Below, one piece after another: positions 11,777 to 23,686 of a stretch of DNA of 64,000 nucleotides. The notes beneath the pieces are model-generated. The model worked only from the letters and a program-made list of their open reading frames with translations, ran no database searches and had not been told where the DNA came from. This DNA is from Lytechinus pictus (lineage: Eukaryota). The stretch covers positions 12,030,001 through 12,094,000 of the forward strand of contig NC_087245.1 in NCBI RefSeq assembly GCF_037042905.1, read 5' to 3'. The first letter of the stretch is position 1, and each line of letters begins with the position of its first letter. The translations under genes and the position numbers were made by a program.

Positions 11777-13939
11777 TGGGAATTGCAGATTTCCAAATCA
11801 GATTCGATTGCCTAACGTCAATGAAGAGAAACGCAGGAGGGATAAGAAATTGTCATGGGTTAGAACAAGGAGATAGAGTGATATCTCCTTGGTTAGAATC
11901 GGATCCCATTTTTGATCCAAGAATGCCTTTCTCAAAATGTCAGATTTTACCTTTGAGGGTGTCCATTGTCATAAAATTGCCCTTCTTTTTTTGCTATTCC
12001 CCTCCCCCTTTTTTAATGATCTTCTTTTTCCCTATATAGAGCATACCTTCTAAGTCTTATCATTCATTATGGATTCACTCCCGCCTGGCAGCAGTGTAAT
12101 GAGTCAACACTGCATGAGGGGACATGCTTGAAATTTTCGGCGAGTTTGACATTTTTTTAAATTAAAAATAAAATAATTTTGTGATTGGTTTTGACACAAT
12201 ATTCAGAAAATGATATTATATTTCCCCCGTTTTCCTTTCCTTCTCTCCTTTTTTCCTTTTTTTAAATATTTAAATTATTATAATTACATGACTGTAGTGA
12301 GAATTTCGGGGTCATACCCAGCCCGCCACCATCTGTACGCCAGTGCTGCCTGTGGTTTATAAAAAGGACACGATTTTTTTTTTAACACCTGTTGATTATT
12401 TCCATTTTCTATTCGACTACATCAAATTTCCCGTAATCTGGCCCGGCATTCTGATAAGTTTCACTAGCCTGAGTATCCCTTCTATGGCCTTATTATTAGC
12501 TACAGGCCTACATCCACCTTTCAGTAATAAATTCTTCATTTCTTGTTTGATCTTCTTTAAAATGCGCGTTTTCTTTTTATTTCAAAAGCAGTAAGAGTTA
12601 ATTTGCTTTCATTGTTTGTTCTAGCAGTGTATTTTTTCTTTCTGATTTATGGGTAGGCCTATATCCGCCTTTAGTCTTGCCCTGATCATTTTGACCCTAA
12701 TCTATACCATGGACCTAACCTGTCTATACACAGTGGCGTTAATGAGCCAAAAACTTTGAGGACCGTCAAGCATGACATAAGGGACAACATTTCTTGAAAG
12801 CTGCGAGCGCGCGTACATTATATTTTGATTTTTAAAAAAAAATCTATACTTTGTTTAATATTTAGAAAATAGATATTTTGTCCTCAGTTCCTCTCCTTTC
12901 TTTACCTTTTCCCTTTTTTTCTTGGTCGTGAAACTTTTTTGGGTCCATGGGCCTCCAAGCTATAAAGCACACCCCCCATTGTGCGCGAGTGCCCGATCAA
13001 AAAGGCAACGTTCCTCAGATATAGGACGTTAGCTCTATCGGGGGGAGAGGCTAACCCCACCGGTCACTTATTATTATTATTATTATCTTTCATTTTTTTC
13101 TGTCTCTTATAGCAAGCGGTTTCTGTTATCAGTGTTTGACATTGTGAACAAAATTAGTAAACTATTTCGTTCAATATTCTGTTGTTCGTCTGTTCCGTTT
13201 GGAAACAGTAAAACGAATTTTCTTAGAGCATCCTATCCAATGCACCACTTAAGCCGCCATAATTTTTGTTAACTATAATATCTTCAAGTTCGATGATAAC
13301 CTGCCTGTCCACTTTTCATATACTGGCGTACATATATAATATTTAACAAAATTTGCCTCTTCTTTCCACTTTTTTTTATTGAGGGGGGGGGATTTGCGAA
13401 AATTTGCGTACATATCATTGCAATACTCTCTATCGATTATATTTGTATATTTAATGAATACAAAGGTCAACAATTCAAGTCTCGTGGATATTTTCAACCT
13501 TTTATGTAAAGCTATTTTCATAATTTAAAATTTCTAGATGTTTTTATAATCTTGAAAAGGGCGATTTGGGGGAAAATGAAATTTCATTTTTATTGTTATC
13601 ATACGATTATTGCACTTTATCCTGTTACAATAATAGGACTCATTTTTAACCAGTGGTGTTCAGATGGGGAGGGGGGGACTTGTGGCGCTTTCCCTCCCCC
13701 CCCCCCCCCCCAAAAAAAAGAAAAAAAATTGCACGACCAAAATAAAAATAAAAAAGAAGGTAAAATTAAAGGAAAGAGAAAAGGGTAAAATATGATATTA
13801 CTTTCTGAATATGTCAGAATCTATCCAAAAAAATGATATTTGTAATAAAAATAAATGTAAATTTTCGCTAGCTCGCTTTGCTCGTTTGCTGCTTTTTTAC
13901 AAATTTTTCCCAAGATGCCATATCTTGGCAGGATAAAGT

Positions 13940-14805
13940 GGAGCGTTGTGGCCCAGTGGATTAGTCTTTGGACTTTGAAACAGAGGGTCGTGGGTTCGAA
14001 TCCCAGCCATGGCGTAATTTCCTTTAGCAAGAAACTGATCCACAATGTGCTGCACTCAACCCAGGTGAGGTAAATGGGTACCGGTAGGAAGTAATTCCTT
14101 AAAGGAGAATGAAACTCTTGGAGCAAGTTAGCTTTTATGAAAGCAGAAAAATCTAAGAATAAGATCAACAAAAGTTTGAGTAAAATAGGACTAGCAATAG
14201 AAGAGTTATGAGCATTTGAATGTCGAGATCACTAATGCTATGGAGATCCTCCCATTGGCAATGCGACCAAGATCTATGATGTTACAGATGAACAACTCTC
14301 CCCTTTTGGACACTGAAAATATACCCCAAAACATATCTTTTTGCTCATTCTAATCATATGACAAACGATTCATCAATGATATAATGTTATGAAACCTCAT
14401 GTACTTGTCCTCTCATAAAGAGAACACCTCACCTTGTGATAGACTCTATAAAAGTGAGAATATAAGTGAAATAAGTACTAAAGTAATGAGGGAGTTGTAC
14501 GTGTGTGACATCACAGATCTTGGTCGCATTGCCAATGGGAGGATCTACATGGCGTTAGTGATCTCAATATTCAAATGCTCATAACTTTCTTATTATTCAT
14601 TCAATCTTCCTCAAACTTCCAACAATATGTTTCTTTGATTTTTCTCTTTGATATGGATTCAGCTGGTTTCAAGGGTTTCGTTCTCCTTTAAAAAGCTGTG
14701 TGCGCTATGAACGCCTAGCTTAGCCGGGTAATATAGGAGCGCCTTGAGCACCTATAACAAGGTGGATATGTGCGCAATATAAATACCCTATATTATTATT
14801 ATTAT
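13940..14805 (+). mobile_element. tRNA-derived SINE interrupted at a TTAA site
   Basis: A-box TGGCCCAGTGG, B-box GGTTCGAATCC, core CACTCAACCCAGGTGAGGTAAATGGGTACC. The 3' part resumes at 14688 and ends in (TAT)n. Confidence 0.85.
14103..14687. mobile_element. Kolobok-like MITE (TTAA TSD, AGG ends)
   Basis: TTAA|AGGAGAATGAAAC ... GTTTCGTTCTCCT|TTAA; long internal inverted arms (~14200-14285 versus ~14505-14586). Confidence 0.85.
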
Positions 14806-15147
14806 ATCTAGCCCCCCCCCCCATAATTTTGGGCTCATTACGCCACTGCTTTTAACATACAACGTTATGCATCATGATTTGGAGATACAGAAAACATGAT
14901 GACGATCATGTGAGCTTTGAAGGTCTGCATGCATGATGGTGAGACTAGATGATATAGTTTTTGGTTTCACTATATTAACGTCGTCCTAAAAGGGACTGTT
15001 GGGTAATTTTTCTTACAAGAATTGGTGGCCTGCTCTTCGTCAGGAGTCCAACAGTCCTAAAATGGTGAAACCGAAAATTTCATCATCAATGATAATGATC
15101 TTTATTAGATCACCCCCCATTAAGATCTAAATGAAATGTGTTATTTA

Positions 15148-15350
15148 TGAATCGATGAATGAATAGGCAAATGGACGAGTGAATGGTTGAGTGGACGGAT
15201 GAATAAATGAATGAATGATTGATTGATTGATTGGTTGAATGAATGATTGATTGAATGAATTGTGAATTATTCTTCTTCTTCTTTCCCTCCTTCTTATTTT
15301 TCTTTCTCTTCTTCATTATTATTACCATCATTATCATCAACATCATCATC
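15148..15350. repeat. Compound microsatellite (TGAA/TGAT, then TTC/ATC)
   Basis: Directly visible tandem tetra- and trinucleotide runs. Confidence 0.85.
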
Positions 15351-16048
15351 TGGTAGAGTGTAGTGTATCAGGCATTCATGGCATTGGTCATCGAGTTACC
15401 GGAGAAATACTATTGTACCTCGACTAAAATTTGCTGAAAACTTTTATCGATAGAGGGCGCAAACTAGAAAAGTTGATAGATGCAGAGACGAATCGGATTT
15501 TCACGGTTTTCTCGGCGCTCTCGAGAGCCTGTCAAATTGCAATAAACAAATTGAATAATTTGAATAGAATTTAAAATGCATAGTGCATGGTCTTCTTTTT
15601 CTCTAACATTTTTTGAATAAATATATTAATAAAAATATTTATAGATGAAAAGTAAAAGTGGATGGTAAAATCAGTATGTATATTCTTTTTACAAATTAGT
15701 TCGGAACAAGTCATCCATAGTCCCCCTAAAACATGGACAACTTTTTTATGATCTGATTTTTAATGAAAATAGACAAACTTTATTAATTCAAACTCTAAGT
15801 TCAAGGGAGCACTTGAAAGAAATTCCTTACAAGAATTTTGATATAGGAAACGCCGACGGGTAGGAAAATTACACTTTATAAATTCCTATTGTCGCGTAGA
15901 ATTTCGTCAAATTATCAGAGAAAGAGACGCTGGGCTTGGAATGATTTGAATACATAATTGTAAAATAGATAAAATTACATGCAATTTGTAAGAAAAAACA
16001 CAGTGTTGAATTTTCATTAAAAAATACTAATACTAGTACGTCTCATGT

Positions 16049-16424
16049 GTAATGATAATAATAATAATCATAATAATAATAATAATATTCCGCATTTATA
16101 TAGCGCTTAATACATCGGAACGACGTCTCTAAGCGCTTTACAGACATATTATTACCCCGGTCATCGGATCCTTGCATACCCGCATACAATGTATGCACCT
16201 TCTCCACTCCCTGGGGAGCATTCCAACAAGAGTTCCAAGACTCAATTGCTAGGCAGACTACATATAGGCTTTCACATCCTACCGGGTACCCATTTAACAC
16301 CTGGGTGGAGAGTGGCAAAGTGTGGATTAACGCCTTGCCAAAGGACAATAGGCCATGGTGGGATTCGAACACACGACCTTCTGATTACAAGGCGAGAGTC
16401 AGAAGCGCTACACCACGACGCTTC
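16049..16424 (-). mobile_element. tRNA-derived SINE (full length)
   Basis: Minus strand: GCGTCGTGGTGTAGCG A-box, GTTCGAATCCC B-box, CTCCACCCAGGTGTTAAATGGGTACC core, (TAT)n tail. Confidence 0.88.
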
Positions 16425-17319
16425 ATCCGCTATCATGCAGATACTCACGATAAAGAAAACCAATACGGTATTTACTCACATGGAAATTCCTTGTTAGAGA
16501 TGAAGAAAATATATATTAATGGTTCAAATTGAATGTATTATTGTCCCCCATGCAGGCTACAGTGGATTTATTTCAAATCCATACAATTTACAGTGTATAC
16601 GGGGGGGGGGGTGTGTGGATTAGTGTATAAAAAGGCACACAATGTGTGAATATTACGAATATGGGGCACTTATGTTTTACTATGCTAAAAGAAGCACTCG
16701 CAACATAATTTCTCATCATCTTCATATCACGTTGCCTGTCGCAGGGGGGGGGGGGGGCTATAAAAAGCCTATATATTATCTTTAAAGATTATTTTCTTCA
16801 CCAGAGTAAAGGTGAAGTATAGACAGTATACCGTTTAAGAAATGACCTTAAAATACCGGGAACTTTCTTCATTTTTTTTTTTTTTTTTTTTTTTTGGGGG
16901 GGGGAGGGGTTACTTTAAAATGTAAGCATAATTACCTGTATTTTTTCCTAAACGTCTCCCCGTAAAAAATGTAATGTTTTACCATGAAGACACTGTAATT
17001 TGAAGGTTAATAATAATTCATCTTTAAACTGATAGACCTCGTGAATCACCGTCGCACCAATGATGATTATTATGTTGTCGATGTTGTTGATGATCACCGT
17101 GCGTACATTTTTTTGAGGGGGCGGGGGGGGGGGGGGCATCAGGGGTCATGCATTAGGGGTCAATTCGCAAGACGAGGGGGGGGGGAGAATGAAGGAAAAG
17201 AAAGGGTGTGAAAAATGAAGTATGACAATATTTATTTCCAAATTTGATTTTTGTATTATGCCCTCTTACTTCGCATGTTCGCCTCTTTTTATAAATGTTT
17301 TGGATCAATATACGCAACT

Positions 17320-17535
17320 GATGATGATATCAATCATTATTATCCTTACATTTTCGCAGCTATTACTGTAATTATTATCTCCATTATCATTATTACTTTC
17401 ATTATCAGTATTATGATCATTATTATTCTTATTCATTTTATTTCATTAATTACTAGCATTATTGTCATATTCATGATCATCATTATTATCGTCATCAACA
17501 TCATTATAATCAACATTGTTTATTTTATTTATCAT
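17320..17535. repeat. Degenerate (ATT/ATC)n microsatellite
   Basis: Gives the Ile-rich pseudo-ORF 17251-17658. Confidence 0.85.
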
Positions 17536-17939
17536 ATTTCATATGTCCCTCCTCTTCAAACTCCAATTGCTTTCCAAACGTTTTACCATAAATTTATTCC
17601 CTTTTCTATTTTTTATAAAACATATTCAACAAGTCACCTCCTGAAATTTTGTCAATAGCATTTACCAATATCATATTACGTTTCTTGTCGAAGACATCCC
17701 CACCTGGAACGAGAAAATGAATCCGAACCTTCTCGAATTATGGATCTCAAGTTATACCAGAATTTTTCTTTAAAATACCTGCAAAAGATGCATAAATACG
17801 GACATCAATTTCTCAAGGTGTTTTCGGGACGAAAGCAACTCTGATACTGAACTTCATCTTCTTCGTCTCTCTTCCAGCTTATATACTGAGCCAAAAATAG
17901 AAACTGATATATTTCTCCCCATTATACCAAATAAGGAGC

Positions 17940-18333
17940 CGACCCTGTCGGCCAACAACCAATCAGCAATGAAATGAATAATGCATATTGATAGCGAGTC
18001 AAACGGCCTCGTCAATTGGCCTGTAGCATAATTGTTTATGAACAGGTGCATGTCATGATGTAATTGGTCGATCGTGTGGGAACAAAATTATCATAAATGC
18101 ATATTCATCATGCCGATTCATGCGAGAAGATTTCGGTGTTTGTGTGCATGCGCTGCGACCGGAGCGAGGGGGCCGGGTCGGTTTTTGCAAATCAGGCTGG
18201 ACCAGCTTATCAAAACATTTCCCTATTATCACTCTAGAAATCGGCGAGGTATCTGGTTGAAACCTGGTGAATTTCTAGAGCCAATTTCTTCGGTTTTCTC
18301 GGCTTTTGATCAGAAACTGGACAGTGCCTAACT
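17940..18333 (+). promoter_or_regulatory. Putative KLF6/7 promoter and 5'UTR
   Basis: CpG-rich relative to the intron. CCAAT at 17959, ATTGG at 18015 and 18063, GC-box-like GAGGGGGCCGGG near 18166, Inr-like TCACTCT at 18229. The TSS itself cannot be determined. Confidence 0.6.
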
Positions 18334-18435
18334 ATGGATGCATTACCCAGTGGTGGCATTTTTAACGAGCTGGAAATTATCGGTGAAACTGGTTGCTTTT
18401 CAGCTCTGCCTTCTGTGGAAGAATCCTGGAGTCAG
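18334..18435 (+). CDS. KLF7: KLF6/7-family transcription factor, coding exon 1 (N-terminal acidic activation domain)
   Basis: Manual translation from ATG 18334 gives [34 protein letters not shown] (34 aa), then donor CAG|GTATCG (phase 0). It resembles the vertebrate KLF6/7 N-terminus ([34 protein letters not shown], recalled). The symbol denotes the KLF6/7 pro-orthologue. Confidence 0.93.
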
Positions 18436-20235
18436 GTATCGTAAAATGACATTGATGGAAAATTATATTATGTTTATGGTAGAATTTCATTATGATCGCC
18501 TTCTTCATTATAAGCAAGACATCCAAGTCATGTTCTTAAATTATTGATGATTTTCCGCCTACAAATTTGGGGATATATGTGTGAAACTTTCCATGTAAAA
18601 ACGTGTTTTTTCACTACGGAAGAAAGTGGTCATTTTCTCATCATGTGAATTGTACATGATTGCGAGCGCTCGATTACCAATGCAGAATACTACTACGGTT
18701 TACGAGACAGCCTTTTCGAGACGGCCCCTGTTTGAGAATACACAAAATTATAGTGTGAATTCAGTGCACATGATTTCAATGGAGAGCTCGTGTGTGTATG
18801 CTGTGGTACGATGTTGTTCCCTCTGCTCTGTAACACATTTTTTCGTCTCTATTCGTCTCCTGTCAAACTGGATGACATGAAAACTGTAGATATATTCATA
18901 GCATTAACCTGTCTGGAGCCCTTTCCATTTCTCATTGTTCCGATTGTCCACACTGATTTTAGTCAGTGTTATGTCACAATTCAGATAACATATTGTCAAC
19001 AGATTACATTGAAAGAAAATCAATAATTTTCACACGAACTGTCCAGGTATATTGTGTGCAAACTGAAAATAAATATACTGCACCTGGAATAAAAATACAG
19101 AATGTAATACTAATACCATGTGCTGCTGAACTGTTTCCATGGGGGGGGGGGGGGTACTAGAGGGTTCAACTTTCTCTTATTTAGGCAGTCTCTAGATGTG
19201 ATTGTAAAGAACATTGTTAAATAAATAGGCCAACAAACATAGTATACATATATATCAGCATCACCTATGATTTAAAGGCAATATATGATCTAATATCTTG
19301 TTATTACTTTATTCATCTTTTTAAAAAGAAATGTACACTATTAAATATAAATTAATAAGATAGTGCATTACATCTTGTTTGCCAAGAAAGAGAAGATAAA
19401 CTGACAAGTATTGACATGTAGCTTGTACATTGTAAGTTCTTCAATTATATAGGCCTTGATTTAATGATAATCTATGCTAATGCAAGTCTGTACATTGAAA
19501 ATTTGATTAACAGCTCAAAGCATTAAATTAGACCCCATATAAATTACCCCACTTTGAGAATCAATCATAGAAAATATCTTCATTTGGGCCTACAATATTA
19601 TGAGGAAATATGGTTTGAGCCTATATAGATGCTATGTGAAATGAAAAGTAGAATTAGCATGAATACAATATGGGCCTATGCAAGTAATGCATGCACATAT
19701 CCTACTAGGAGGGGTAATGTATCAAAACAATGAGGTTTTGTTTTGTCACAGACACTACATGTATACTGGGACAAAAAAAAAACTCCCATTGTGGGGGAAA
19801 GGTGAAGATTTAGATCATTGTATTCGCTTCAAGTTAATTTTCTAGACATGCAGTAATAATAACCATTTGTCTTGGGGAATACATGTATTTTTTTATCAGT
19901 AATGATGATATATGATAATAAAATGTTAGTAGGCCTATTGATAAAATAATTTCCCAGAATAGATTATTATTGCAGTTACACATGAGCCTACTCTCATTTT
20001 CATGTTATTTAGAAAACTATTATGCAAAGGATTGCTCTTGACATGTCTTACCGGTACATTGAAATTGGTTGAAATGTTCTGGGCCTTCATGTGTGTGGGG
20101 GGGGGGGGGGGGGGGGGCTACATAATATGTCACATACAATATATGTACATATGTACATATTGTATGTGACTCAAAGTAAAATAAGATTTGGGGGATTTCT
20201 TCAGACATAAATTTATGCTTAGGGGCTATTATGTG

Positions 20236-20507
20236 GGTGTGTCGTGGTATAGTGGTTCTGACTCTCACCTTTGAAACAGGGTCATGGGTTCGAATCCTAG
20301 CCATGGCGTGTTTTCCTTCAGCTAGAAATTTATCTACACTGTGCTGCACTCAACCCAGGTGAGGTGAATGGGTACCTGGCAGGAGTAATTCCTTGCATGC
20401 ACTGAGCGCCGGTGATGGTAGCTCGAGCTAAAGCCGGGGTAATAGCAGCGCTTTGTATCCTCAGGCAAAAAGCGCTTTATTAATTTAGGTATAATTAATA
20501 TTATTAT
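20236..20507 (+). mobile_element. tRNA-derived SINE in intron 1
   Basis: GTCGTGGTATAGTGG A-box, GGTTCGAATCC B-box, same core as the 13940 copy, AT-rich tail. Confidence 0.85.
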
Positions 20508-20927
20508 AATCGACATTTCCTAATCCATAGTCCAGTCATAAATCACAATATCCATTCAAAAATCAATATAATGATCAGAACCAGTTTACCTTTAAGAAGG
20601 GAAATTCAGTAAAGTTGTATTAAATGAATATATACATGTATTTAACAGTAATTTATCTCAAAGGATAGTGTAAACTTTTCTAATTGTGACTTGTGAAGAC
20701 TCCAAAATCTCAGTTTTGTAACATAGCACTGGCATGTAGCCTAGTGCATGTACATGTAGGTGAATCTACCCCAGTCAAATCAGAAATCTGTTTGACTTAA
20801 GCTTAGTTTGACTGAAGCAAATTTGACTAAGAAGATGTAAATACTAAATAACACATACTGTTTGCATTTTATGGTCTGAACAAATTTATATATGATTTGG
20901 GTGACTATTCAATGTAGACGTCAACAT

Positions 20928-21192
20928 AAATAATGCTAATAATAAGCCAGGCATTTATATAGCACCATCTATCTAGAAGTAATCTATTCCAAGGCTTTAT
21001 TTTTAGCTGCCTTTCAGCACTCAGTGCATTCAAGGAATTAAACCTGACGGGTATCCATTCACCTCACCTGGGTTGAGTGCAGTACAATGTGGGTAAATTG
21101 CTTGCTGAAGGAAAACTCGCCCTTGCTGGAATTTGAATCCAAGTCCCTCTGATTGAAAGACAAGAGATGTAACCACTAGACCATGGTGCTCC
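20928..21192 (-). mobile_element. tRNA-derived SINE (older, antisense) in intron 1
   Basis: Reverse complement of the core CACTCAACCCAGGTGAGGTGAATGG at ~21055-21080, with decayed A/B boxes at ~21125-21190. Confidence 0.75.
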
Positions 21193-23116
21193 CAACAGTA
21201 AACAGTTTATTGTGAGCCCCATTTCATTATGATTTTTTTTTTTATATGGTATCAGGTTTGTTTATTAGTAAATAAAGCTAGCCAGGCATACTACCCATTT
21301 CTTCTTTATGTATTTATTTTCTTTACAATATGCTCACATTGCTCCTTATTCTTTAAACCACAAAACTATTCCTGAGCATGCCCTGTATTATTTGTTCCTG
21401 GATTTATGGTTGCTAGAGATGTGGTAAATTGTTTTGTACACTGTAGGTTGCTTAGGTCATTTCCAGGTAATTTCCTTATATTTGCTCGCAGTACCAATAT
21501 AACATACACCCCCACACACTCGCCCACACTCGCGGTCCCACTCACATATTTTATATAATACATGCATTATGTATACAATAATACATACTTGAGAAAGCCC
21601 TCGGGGTTACAATTTGTAAAGCAATTTATTTTGTGGAGGAGGAGCCAATTTCTAATGTTTTTGTGTACAGTACATTCTTCTGTACTTGCTCAAATTCCAA
21701 GCATAATGCAATAAATAATTTCTGTGTGGAATAGAATGCAAACATATATATACTGGTAGGTCTATACTGTATGTGTACAAGATAATATACATGTCTGTTT
21801 ACACTCAAAGGTGATACAGATAGAGGTCAGTTATTTTGACAGCTGGTCAACCATCATCCCCTGTCATTCTAAGCCTGCACAGTTATGCAATTACTCTACA
21901 TGTAGTATGCCCGAGTAGAATGCAGCAATTTCAATATGATATGAGAATGGACCTCCACGATTATGAGGTATATTCTAGCCTGCCGGCTCTGATTTCGGTT
22001 ATTTAAGTTTTGTATGATACTCAACCTTAAAAGTTATTGTCACATTGATAGTGATATGATGCTACAGTAGAATGGGTAAGCCAGGGATGAATGCTGGTAG
22101 TCTTAAACACAGGGTTACATTATGCAAATTAGCAACACGGAGTAATTGGATTATATTCAGGCGAGCAGATGATTCACCCCCTATGTTTGTTTATTCTTCG
22201 CGTGGGTTTTTGTGTGGAGTATATTGGATTTTCAATCAATATATTCCTCTCTAATCTAGCATTGAGCTTTGGTTATGATATCCCAGTTCCATGCAGACAC
22301 TCATCAGACTGTGTGTACGCTAAGTTAGTTCTTGCGTGTATATATAGTCGTTATGGCCTTGCTTACAATACTATAAGCCCATCTGATTTTATTATTACCT
22401 GCATAATAGGTTTTACCTTAATTTTTCATTCTCGTGTCACAATTGCATTGTTCCTAAAGCATGCAGTCTTAAAACAATATATGAAATTGAAATGAACATA
22501 CTGTATAGTATACATGTAGGCCTAATGATATGTCAAGGGTATTGTAACGTAATCGGTTGCGCATGGTTTAGTGAATATATTTTTATTTGAAAAACCATGT
22601 ACTTTATCATGATTTATTACATTAGGCCTACTATAAAATGTATCATTGTTCGCACATGTCATGATGAACAAAAAAGGAGGCTTTTGGTTGCCATGAACAT
22701 TTTCAAAACATCTCGATTCAATTCAATTTATCATAGTCACAACCTTGTGATTTCTTCAACATCTACATGTACATGTAGGCTAACATGTAATATCTTTGAA
22801 GATGGAAAGAGAGAATGATAATGTTCTTCATTTGTATGTTTATTACTCACACTGGGGATCTCATACCAAGGAAATGTTTCTGTTAATTGACGTTTTGTAA
22901 AACTATCAATATTTCTTTTAAAACTGGTTGGCTGCTGAATTCGTTTGTTAACTACCACAGACTAAATTTGCTGATGGTTCCAGTAGGCAACGTTTGAATA
23001 GTTGATCTTGTATTTTTTTTCCAAATGTCTGGTTGCTGCCGATATTATTAATTTCCAGTAATACATGTACATGTATGAAGAGTCCCAAAATATCCCCACT
23101 GCATGCATTTTGTTAA

Positions 23117-23686
23117 AGGACAAGTCCACCCTGGCAACAGAAAGTTGACTGAAATATAAAAATATAAAAATCCAATGAGCAGAACACTGGAAATTTCATA
23201 AAAAACAGATATTTTGTAAAATAATGATGTTGTGTGATAGTTTAAAGTTTCGCTTTATTTCGCAAAACAGTTATACACACATCCTGGTTGGTATGCAAAT
23301 GAGGGGACTGGTGACATCACCCACTCACTATTTCTTTTGTATGGCTTGTACAAGATATATGAAAAATTATAATTTTCTCTTCATTGTCATGTGAAACAAA
23401 GTTATTCCTCACGTGGAACTACCATTGTTTTATCATTTTGTGCTTCAGTTAGTACTTTTTGTCAAATCTGTAAGAATTGAAATAAATATAATTCAAACAA
23501 AAATCAAAGGAATAGTGAGGGACTCTCTCATTTGCATATCACTGAGTTGTGTACATACAATACTGTACATGTAACTGTTTTCTGAAAAATAATCTTTCAT
23601 AACTTTTTTATTTTACATCCGATTTGATGAGATTTTATGCTTGTTTGATTTTTCTCTATTGATTCAATTTTCTGTGAATATGACCT
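23117..23686. mobile_element. Kolobok-like MITE, degenerate copy of the 43787 family
   Basis: TTAA|AGGACAAGTCCACC left end; internal similarity to 43787-44389. Confidence 0.75.

Larger units (their letters stand above)
13651..14848. mobile_element. hAT-like MITE (CAGTGG ends) hosting a nested SINE and a Kolobok-like MITE
   Basis: CAGTGGTGT ... ACGCCACTG ends; TSD TTTTTAAC / CTTTTAAC (7/8). Related ends occur at ~12330-12345 and ~12731. Confidence 0.7.

Noticed and set aside
13940..14012. tRNA genes at the A/B-box sites (also ~16350-16424 and ~20236-20305)
   Set aside because: Each is followed by a shared SINE core and (TAT)n tail and lacks a proper acceptor stem; these are SINE heads.
17251..17658. 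Hydrophobic 135-aa ORF resembling a membrane protein
   Set aside because: Translation of an (ATT/ATC)n microsatellite.
18338..18547. 69-aa ORF in the track
   Set aside because: Wrong frame; the KLF-homologous frame starts at 18334 and splices at 18435.
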